A stretch of DNA of 64,000 nucleotides from positions 2,848,001-2,912,000 of the forward strand of contig OZ219754.1 in NCBI GenBank assembly GCA_964291295.2, read 5' to 3'. The position numbers and the translations under genes were made by a program. The DNA is from an uncultured Candidatus Binatia bacterium. Its GTDB lineage: Bacteria; Desulfobacterota; Binatia; UBA9968; JAJDTQ01. The notes beneath the pieces are model-generated. The model searched no databases. It saw only the letters and a list, made by a program, of their open reading frames with translations, and was not told the DNA's origin. Positions 52,414-61,100 of the stretch are shown one piece after another. Positions within the stretch are counted from its first letter, which is position 1, and each line of letters starts with the position of its first letter.

Positions 52414-53283
52414 TCACATCACCCGGCGCCGCAGGCAGGCGCTCAGATAGTCCACTCCCGTCACCAGGACATAGAGCACGATCAACAGCGTCAGCAGTTG
52501 TTGTTCGAGGAACAGGCTCATGGCGACATGGATGCGCTGGCCCAGGCCGCCGGCGCCCACGAACCCCAGGACCGCGGCCACCCGGATGTTCACTTCCCAG
52601 CGGTACAGCGCATAAGAGATGAACTGGGGCAGGACCTGCGGAAGGATGCCGTAGAACAGGATCTGGATTTTCCCCGCCCCGGTGGACTGCAGCGATTCGA
52701 CGGGCTGCGGGTCCACGTCCTCCAGCACCTCCGCGAAGAGCTTTCCGAGCACGCCGCCAGTGTGAACCCCCAGGGCCAGCACACCGGGAAAGGGACCCAG
52801 CCCCACCACGAACACGAACATCAGCGCCCACAGCATCTCGGGGACGGTGCGCAGAAAATTGAGGATGCCCCTGGCGGCCAGGTACGGGACGCGCCGCAAC
52901 CACGTCCGGCGGCGCCGGGCCTCCATCTCGTGAAGCAACCCCGCGTACACGAGATTGCGCGAGCCGAAGCAGGCCAGTGCCAGCGCGATGACCACCGACA
53001 GCAAGGTCCCGATCAGGGAGATGGCGAAGGTCTCCCATGCGCCGGCGACGGCATCGGCCACCACCTTGCCCGAAAGGTCCGGAGGGAAAAGCCGCTCCAC
53101 GTACCCGGCAATGGCACCGCCCCCTTCGACACTGAAGAGCAGGCCGGGGTCGATCCCGGAACCCTGCCAGCTCCAGACGAAGAGCGCCGCCAGGAACGCC
53201 AGCAACACGTACGTGGACGATGGCGTGCGGGCGCCCGCCTTGAGGGTGGGCAGGTCCGCGGGCGCGGGCGCGGCGTGATTCAC
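52414..53283 (-). CDS. PhnE/PtxC-family ABC permease
   Basis: LRTVPEM, GLGPFPGVLAL, GKLFAE, YRWEVNIR, VGAGGLG. Confidence 0.9.
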   Translation of the reverse strand: MNHAAPAPADLPTLKAGARTPSSTYVLLAFLAALFVWSWQGSGIDPGLLFSVEGGGAIAGYVERLFPPDLSGKVVADAVAGAWETFAISLIGTLLSVVIALALACFGSRNLVYAGLLHEMEARRRRTWLRRVPYLAARGILNFLRTVPEMLWALMFVFVVGLGPFPGVLALGVHTGGVLGKLFAEVLEDVDPQPVESLQSTGAGKIQILFYGILPQVLPQFISYALYRWEVNIRVAAVLGFVGAGGLGQRIHVAMSLFLEQQLLTLLIVLYVLVTGVDYLSACLRRRVM

Positions 53284-54138
53284 AGCAGCGACCGCACCCT
53301 GGCGCTGATCCAGTCGGCTCCCGCCACCAGCGCGAACAGGATCATCAGCAACGTGGAGACCTCATGGAAGTTGAACATCCGGATGGAAATCTCGATCTGC
53401 TGCCCGATGCCGCCGGCGCCCACGAGGCCCAGGATGGCCGAGGTCCGCACCGCGCACTCCCATCGGTACAGCGTGTAGGAGGCGAGGTTGGGCAGCACCT
53501 GCGGGAACCAGCCGTAGAAGAAGATCTGCAGCCGCCCGGCACCGGTGGACTGGATCGCCTCCAGCGGCCGCTCATTCACCGACTCGAATATCTCCGAGTA
53601 CACCTTGCCCAACATTCCGCCGTAGGCGACCCCGATGGCCAGTACGCCCGGAAACGGCCCCAGGCCCACGGCGCGCACGAACATGAAGGCCCAGACAAAC
53701 TCCGGGATGCAGCGGAACAGGCTCAACAGGCCCCGGGAGAAACCGTAGAGACCCATCTTGAACCCGTGTCTCAGGCCGGAGCCCCGGTCGCCGCTCTCAT
53801 GGAGGATGCCCTGGAAGCTGAAGGTACGAGTCGCCAGCAGACCGAGGGGGAAACCGATGAACACGGCGATCAGCGTCCCCATGACCGAGATCTGTATGGT
53901 CTCCAGCGTGGGCCGGATCATGAGATGGAGGAACTCCCATGACAACTCGGGCGGATACATGCCCGTGACGAACCGCCACAGGTGCTCCCTGCCCTGGGCC
54001 TCGAAAAACAGCCCTGGATTCACCTCGGCCCGGCGCCAGCTGTCCGCCAGCAGGACAAGGAACAACCCGCCGAACAGGTAGGGGAAGATGGCACGCGATG
54101 CCGTGACCCCGCCGGGAGTCGCCGGCGGGGTCACGGCC

Positions 54139-54947
<809 letters not shown>

Positions 54948-54951
<4 letters not shown>

Positions 54952-55811
54952 GGGATCTTGAGCATCCCGGCGGCGATGGCCGCCCTCCTGATTCCGTCCC
55001 AATCCGAATCCCTGGCCGGAATGAACTTCCGGGTGCGCTGAAGACCCATGATCTTCCTGTCTTCGGGTTTCGCGTAGTCGAGCTTCAGGAGTGCCTGCGT
55101 GAAGCGCTCCCGGACCTTGGCCGGCACTCCGCCCCGGGCCACCCATACGTAGTCCACATAAGGCGGCGTGGTCCAGAACACGTTTGTCTTCCCGGTATCG
55201 ATCCTCTTGCTGTCAACGAGCTTCCGCCACACCAGAAAGTTGAGGGCGCCGGCGTCGACCCGGCCAGCCGCCACCCAGGCCGCGGTGGCGTCATGGGCGC
55301 CGCTGAAACCGAACTTCTTGAAGTCCCGCTCCGGGTCGACGCCCGCCGCCCCGAGGAAGTGCCGGGGCATGAGGTGTCCGGAGGTGGAGCTCACGCTGCC
55401 GAAGGCAAAGGTCCTGCCCTTGAGATCCTCCAGGGTCCGGATGCCGGAATCGGTACGCGCCACGAACACGCTCCTGAAGCTTGCGTCTTCTTCACGCATG
55501 ACCAGCCGAGTGGCTCCCTTGGCCCGCTGGGTGGCCTGAACCGAGGTGAAGCCGCCGTACCAGACAATGTCCAGCCGGCCGGCCGCCAGCCCCTCTACCG
55601 TGGCCGCATAGTCCACCACCGGGATGAACGTGACCTTGGTGCCCACCTCCCTGGCGATGTAGTCGGTAAAGGGCCTGTACTTGCGCAACAACTCCTGCGG
55701 ATCCTCGTCGGGGATGGCGGACAGCCTCAACGTGTCCGCGGCGGCGACACCCCAGGCCACGAACACGGCCGACACCAGCCACCCCAGTCTCCAGGCGAAC
55801 TTCCTGTGCAT
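54948..55811 (-). CDS. PhnD-family substrate-binding protein resembling the putative selenate-binding subgroup
   Basis: Signal peptide; SAIPDE, DYAATVE, VWYGGFTSVQA, STSGHLMPR, SGAHDAT, TPPYVDY. Confidence 0.82.
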
Positions 55812-55846
55812 CCATGCCTCCCGAAACGAATTTCCGTTCATTGGAT

Positions 55847-55883
55847 ATCAAGGGAAACTATATGTCAAATAGACTTGAGCTAT
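55847..55883 (-). promoter_or_regulatory. Tandem LysR boxes flanking the -35 of the ABC operon promoter
   Basis: Minus strand ATAG-N7-CTAT-TTGACAT-ATAG-N7-TGAT; TTGACA at 55863-55868. Confidence 0.7.
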
Positions 55884-56823
55884 GCGTCAGCCCCTTCCAT
55901 GGACCCATCCGCGGCCCCCGGCCCAGGAACTGCACGAAGGCGCGCGGCACCGGCGGCAGCGGCCGGCCCCGGTAGGTCACCTGGTAGAAGGGCCGAATCA
56001 GTTCCAGCTCCTTGATGCGGAGTTCATGGATCAGGCCTTGCTGAACCTCGCGCCGAATGGCGGCACGGGAAAGGATGGAGAACCCGAACCCCTCCATCAG
56101 CGCCTCCTTCACCGCGGCCGTGCTGCCGAGTTCGAGCCCCACCCGGAGAAGGCGATCCGGATCCCGGCCGCGCCTGGCCAGAACCTGCAGAAACGACCGC
56201 AAGGTGCCGGAGCCGGCCTCCCTGGAGATGAACGGGTGCTTGCCGAGATCCTGGAGGGGCACATGCTGCAACCGGGCCCAGGGATGGTTCGCGGGCACCG
56301 CCACGACCAGCTCGTCCTGCCAGATCCTGCGATAGCCCAACCGGTCGTCACGGGTGCGGAAACCGGTGAAGCCCAGTTCCAGCGCGCCCTCGAGGATGGC
56401 GTCCACGATGGAGGCCGAGTCGCCGATGCGCAGCACCGGCCGGACCTCCGGGAAGCGCGCCACGAAGCTTCCCAGCACGCCCGGCAGAATGTACTCCCCC
56501 GGAACGTTGCTGCCGCCCACCCGGAGCTCCCCTTCCACCTTCCGCTGGATGCGGTCGAGGGCCGCCAGCGCCTGGCCCTTCAGCTTGAGCACCGCGCCCG
56601 CCTGCTCGTACAGCAGCCGCCCCCCGGGCGTCAGGTCGAACCGGGCGCCCACGCGCCGGAACAGCGCGACCCCGAGTTGCCGTTCGAGGGTTCGGACATG
56701 GGCGGTCACGGTAGGCTGCCGGAGGGAGAAATGCTCCGCCGCGAGGGAAAAGCTGCGCAGTTCCGCAACCCAGTAGAAGATCTCGAGCTTGCGGAGATCC
56801 AGATCCCTTGACGCCTTGGTCAT
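55858..56823 (-). CDS. LysR family regulator (CysL / selenium-metabolism-associated type)
   Basis: SFSLAA, QPTVTAHVRTLE, GGSNVPGEYILP, REAGSGT, GSTAAVKEA. Confidence 0.88.
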   Translation of the reverse strand: MTKASRDLDLRKLEIFYWVAELRSFSLAAEHFSLRQPTVTAHVRTLERQLGVALFRRVGARFDLTPGGRLLYEQAGAVLKLKGQALAALDRIQRKVEGELRVGGSNVPGEYILPGVLGSFVARFPEVRPVLRIGDSASIVDAILEGALELGFTGFRTRDDRLGYRRIWQDELVVAVPANHPWARLQHVPLQDLGKHPFISREAGSGTLRSFLQVLARRGRDPDRLLRVGLELGSTAAVKEALMEGFGFSILSRAAIRREVQQGLIHELRIKELELIRPFYQVTYRGRPLPPVPRAFVQFLGRGPRMGPWKGLTHSSSLFDI

Positions 56824-56902
56824 GGTGTCGTTCCCCATTGGCCGCGGCCGCGGGCAAGGCCCATTGCCATGTGGCACCAACCCGGTTACGGTAATCTTCG
56901 CC

Positions 56903-57964
56903 ATGAAGATATCGTCCCTCGACCGGTTCCACAAAGGAAACGGCGCGGTCTTCTTTCAGCGAGAGGGATGGCGCCTGCCCGCTCACTTCGGCGACCCCGG
57001 CGCGGAGTACGCTTCGGTGCGTTCCGGCGCCGGCTGGCTGGACCTGGCGGATCAGGCCCTTCTGTCCGTGGCCGGACCCGACAGCGTCGGGTGGCTCCAG
57101 GGAATGCTCTCCAACGACGTCGCGGCCCTGGGCACCGGCCAGGGCATGGTGGCGGCGATCCTGAACATTCAGGGAAAGATCCTGGCCGACGTGAGAGTGT
57201 TGCGCACCGCCGGCGGCTTTCTGCTGGAGGTGGACGAACCCCTCGCACCGGGTGTGCTGGAACACCTCCACCGCCACCTGATCGCGGACCAGGTGGAGAT
57301 TGTCGAGCTTTCGGGCGAGCTGGCCATGATCTCCATCCAGGGACCGGCTTCGGAAACCCTCCTGTCCGGGCTTCTGGATGCCGCTGCGTTGCCAGCGGAA
57401 GAACTGAGCCACCGGGAGAGGGTCTGCGCCGGAAGCCGGATCCGGGCGGTGCGCGCGACGCACACGGGAGAGCCCGGTTTCGACCTGCTGGTACCCCGGG
57501 ATCGGCTGCCGGCCATGATGGCCCTGCCGCGCGCGCGGGCCATCCCCTGGATCGGCCTGAATGCCAGGGAGACTCTGCGGATCGAGGCCGGGATCCCCCG
57601 GTACGGGGTCGACATGGACGCCGACACGCTGCTGCTGGAAACCGGTCTCCAGCACGCCGTCAGCTTCACCAAAGGATGCTATCTGGGACAGGAGACGGTG
57701 GAGCGCATCCACTCCCGAGGCCACGTGAACCGCCGGCTGGTGGGGCTCAAGGCCGAGGGCGACATCGTACCACACCCCCGCGACACCGTGCGCGGCGCCG
57801 GCCGTGACATTGGCCGCATCACCAGCGCGTCAGCCTCGCCACGGCTCGGTTGCCCCATCGCCCTGGGATACCTCCACCGGGACTACGTCGAGCCTGGCAG
57901 CCGGGTCACCATCGGACACGGAGACTTGGCGATTCCCGCCACGGTCCACGCCCTGCCCTTCTGA
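56903..57964 (+). CDS. ygfZ: YgfZ/GcvT-family folate-binding protein
   Basis: WLQGMLSNDV, LRIEAGIP, signature SFTKGCYLGQE. Confidence 0.88.
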   Translation: MKISSLDRFHKGNGAVFFQREGWRLPAHFGDPGAEYASVRSGAGWLDLADQALLSVAGPDSVGWLQGMLSNDVAALGTGQGMVAAILNIQGKILADVRVLRTAGGFLLEVDEPLAPGVLEHLHRHLIADQVEIVELSGELAMISIQGPASETLLSGLLDAAALPAEELSHRERVCAGSRIRAVRATHTGEPGFDLLVPRDRLPAMMALPRARAIPWIGLNARETLRIEAGIPRYGVDMDADTLLLETGLQHAVSFTKGCYLGQETVERIHSRGHVNRRLVGLKAEGDIVPHPRDTVRGAGRDIGRITSASASPRLGCPIALGYLHRDYVEPGSRVTIGHGDLAIPATVHALPF

Positions 57965-58172
57965 TTCGCCGCGGCGGAACCTCTCCAGTGCCGGGGAAGA
58001 AACCCCATCGAGCAGGAAACTCCATCGAACAGAATCGTGGCCGCGCTCGCATTCCAGCTCCGAAGCCGGCTTGGCGAAACCCGGATTCCACCACCAGGAT
58101 CAGGCTTCTGCTGCTGATCGGATGGGGCCGCGGCGAAATCCCCTCCCCTCCAGTCGCGGGCGGGGGTTCTCC

Positions 58173-61100
58173 TCACCAGCGCAGCGCACCGCGCAGCATG
58201 AGGCCCTGCTCGCCGTTGGTCCAGGGCCGGCTTGTGCCCTCGATTCCCAGGGCGACCCCCGACCCCAAGCGGTAGCGCGCACCCAGGCGCAGCGTGCGCT
58301 CGCCCGACTCCGCCAGGCTGAGCCCGGCATAAGGCGTCAGCAGCGCCAGCGGCGCCGGGCCGGCGATGCCGATGCCGTGCCCCATCTCCGCCTCCAGGCG
58401 GCTCTCTCCCGCCCCCGCCCCGCTGTCCATGGCCGAGCCGTAGTCGAACAACCGCCCCAGACCGCTTGCCGTGCGACCGTGGGTCGGGCCGAAGCTCAGG
58501 TAGCTCCCCCGCCCGTCGGCCCCGGGGTCAAGGCGCACCAAGGCGCTCACGCCCCATTCCTCCCGGTCCCGCTCGTGCACCGCCAGCATCCGGGCCCGCA
58601 ACTCCGCAGTCAGACGGGCACCCGGGTCGCGCCAGGTCACGCCGGCCCCCACCTCCACCCCGCCGCCCTGCCCAACGTCGCCGTCGTCATGACGCACGCC
58701 CACTTCCAGTGCCGGCGTCAGCGTCGCATCGCCCCCGACCCGGTGCTCCCACGACCCCTCCAGCATCAGCCGCAGTCGGCTCGCCTTCACCGTCAACTCG
58801 GTCAGACCGTCGCCGGCCTCCGTGTCCAGTTGGACCAGGGAGCCCTCCCCCTTCACCGCCACTCGCGTGGTGCCCCCGGCGATGAGCTCCGGATCCTCCA
58901 ACAGCACCCCGCGCCCGCCCGCCGCCCCACTCCACTGGGACAGGTCCGCCGTGCGCGCCGCCGCTCCCGCCTCGGTGATCCGCACCTCGCCCCTCCCATA
59001 GCCCGCACTCGCCCACAGCGTCGTGCCGTCCGCACGCAGCCACGCCAGATACGGATTCACCGACACCACCCGGCTCTCGTGCCTGCTTTTCGTCCCATCA
59101 CCACCCCGGGACACCGCATCCACCTTGCCCTTCGCATACGACACCGCCGCCCCCGCCAACAGGTCCGGGCGAACCCGCACGTCCGCCCCCAGATACCCCG
59201 ACCACAGCCCGCCCTCCCAGGAAAGATCCCGCTCCGAACCCGACAGCGACCGCCACTCGCCCACTCCCCACAACGCCGGCGCCGCCACCCCTCCCGCCCC
59301 CGAAGCACCCAGCGGCAGCGCGAAGGAGGCCCCGTCCAGCAACTCTCGCAAGCCCGGCCCCCCTTGCCCCCGACCTCCCGGACCAACCCACTCATCATCC
59401 ACCACCATCCCCGGCGCCGCTCCAAAACGCACCGTACCACCCGCACCGCCATCCGACACCGCTTCGATCCGCCCCGTCACCGCCTCAAGCGTCTGCGACA
59501 GCGCCAGCGCCGCCACATGCGGCAGGATCGCACGGTTCACCCGGTTCGCCGACGACGACGAACCCTCTTCCAGCACTCCTTCCGCCACCGCATCCACCCC
59601 CACCGCATAGCCCGGCGCCGCGTTCAGCGTGATGCGGTACGACTCCCTCCCTTCCGCCTCCCCATCCACCCTGGTGGGTATCATCACCAAACCCCTCCGG
59701 CTCGCCGTGGCGCCGAACACCGCATCCAACGAACGCGGCCCCAGCCCACCCGGAAGGTCCTCCCCATCGAAGCCGCCGCCGTCGCGCGCCGCCAGCGTCA
59801 GACTCACCACCAAACTGCCCGTCAGCACACGGTCCGAGGTCACCACAAGGCGGATGTCCTCCCCCTCGCTCACCGCCGCCGGGTCCGTCTCCAGACTCAG
59901 CACCGGCGTCGTGTCCCTCACCCGCACCACCACCGAGGCGATGCTCACCGAATCATAGCCCCCGCCCCTCGCTCCGTGCGTCAGCGTCGCCCTGTCGTCC
60001 GCCGTGTCCGCGTCACGGGCCGCGCTCACCGTCACCCCCTGCGGCTCGCTCCAGTTCGAGGCCGTGAAGGTCAGGCGCCGCGGCACTACCGTCACCTCCC
60101 CCGATGCCCCGCCCACCGTCACCGTCACCGGCCCCGTAGGCTCCGCGCCCAGCACCACCGTGTAACTACCGGAGCCGCCCTCCTCCACCGTCAGCGCCGT
60201 CGGCGTCACCCGCACGCTCCCGCCCGCCGCGGGAGGCGCAGATGGCGGCGCCGCGGCCGTCGGCGTCGCGCTCACCGGCGCATCCGGGCCAGCGCCGTTG
60301 CCGGCACCGTTCACCGCGCGCACCTCGAACTGATACGCGGTGCCGTTGGTCAGACCGCTCACCTTGTAGCTGGTGGTGCCCGCTCCGGAGCCCCCGATGT
60401 CCGTCCAATCGTCCCAGGCCCCGCTGCCGGCCTTCCGCCGGTATTGCCACTTCGTGATGGTCGGATTGCCCGCGTCCGTCCAGCTCAGCGTCACCGAACC
60501 GTCCCCCGCCGCCGCCGCCAGGCCCGTCGGCTTCGCCGGCACCACGCCGCTCTCCGTCACGCTCACCACCACCGAGGCGATGCTCACCGAATCGTAGCCG
60601 CCCCCCGAGGCGCTGTGGGTCAGCGTCACGGCGTCGTCCGTCGCCGTGTCCGTGTCCGTCCCCGCGTTCACCGTCACCGTCTGCGCCATGTTCCAGTTGA
60701 CCGTGGTGAAGGTCAGCGTCGCATTCGCCACCGTTACGTCGCCCGAAGCGCCGTCCACCATTATCGTCACATCGCTCGACGGCGCCGTGTTCAGCCGCAT
60801 CGTGTACGTGTTGGAGCCACCCTCCGCCACCGTCAGCGCCGCCGTCGACACCGTCACCCCCGGCGCAGCGGCCACCGTCACGCCCACCGTGCCGGCATCG
60901 GGAATCGCATCCGCCGCGGCGCCCGTCAGCCGGAAGGCGTGGTTGATCGTCGCCGTGCCCGCCTCCACGCCGGTCACCGTCACCGTCTGTCCCGTGCTGT
61001 AGTTGCTCGCCGAGAAGGTCAGGGTCGCCGGGTCCACCGTCGCCTTGGCCGTGGCGGAGCTCGTGATCGACAGCGTCCCCGCATACTCCTTCGTCAACGC

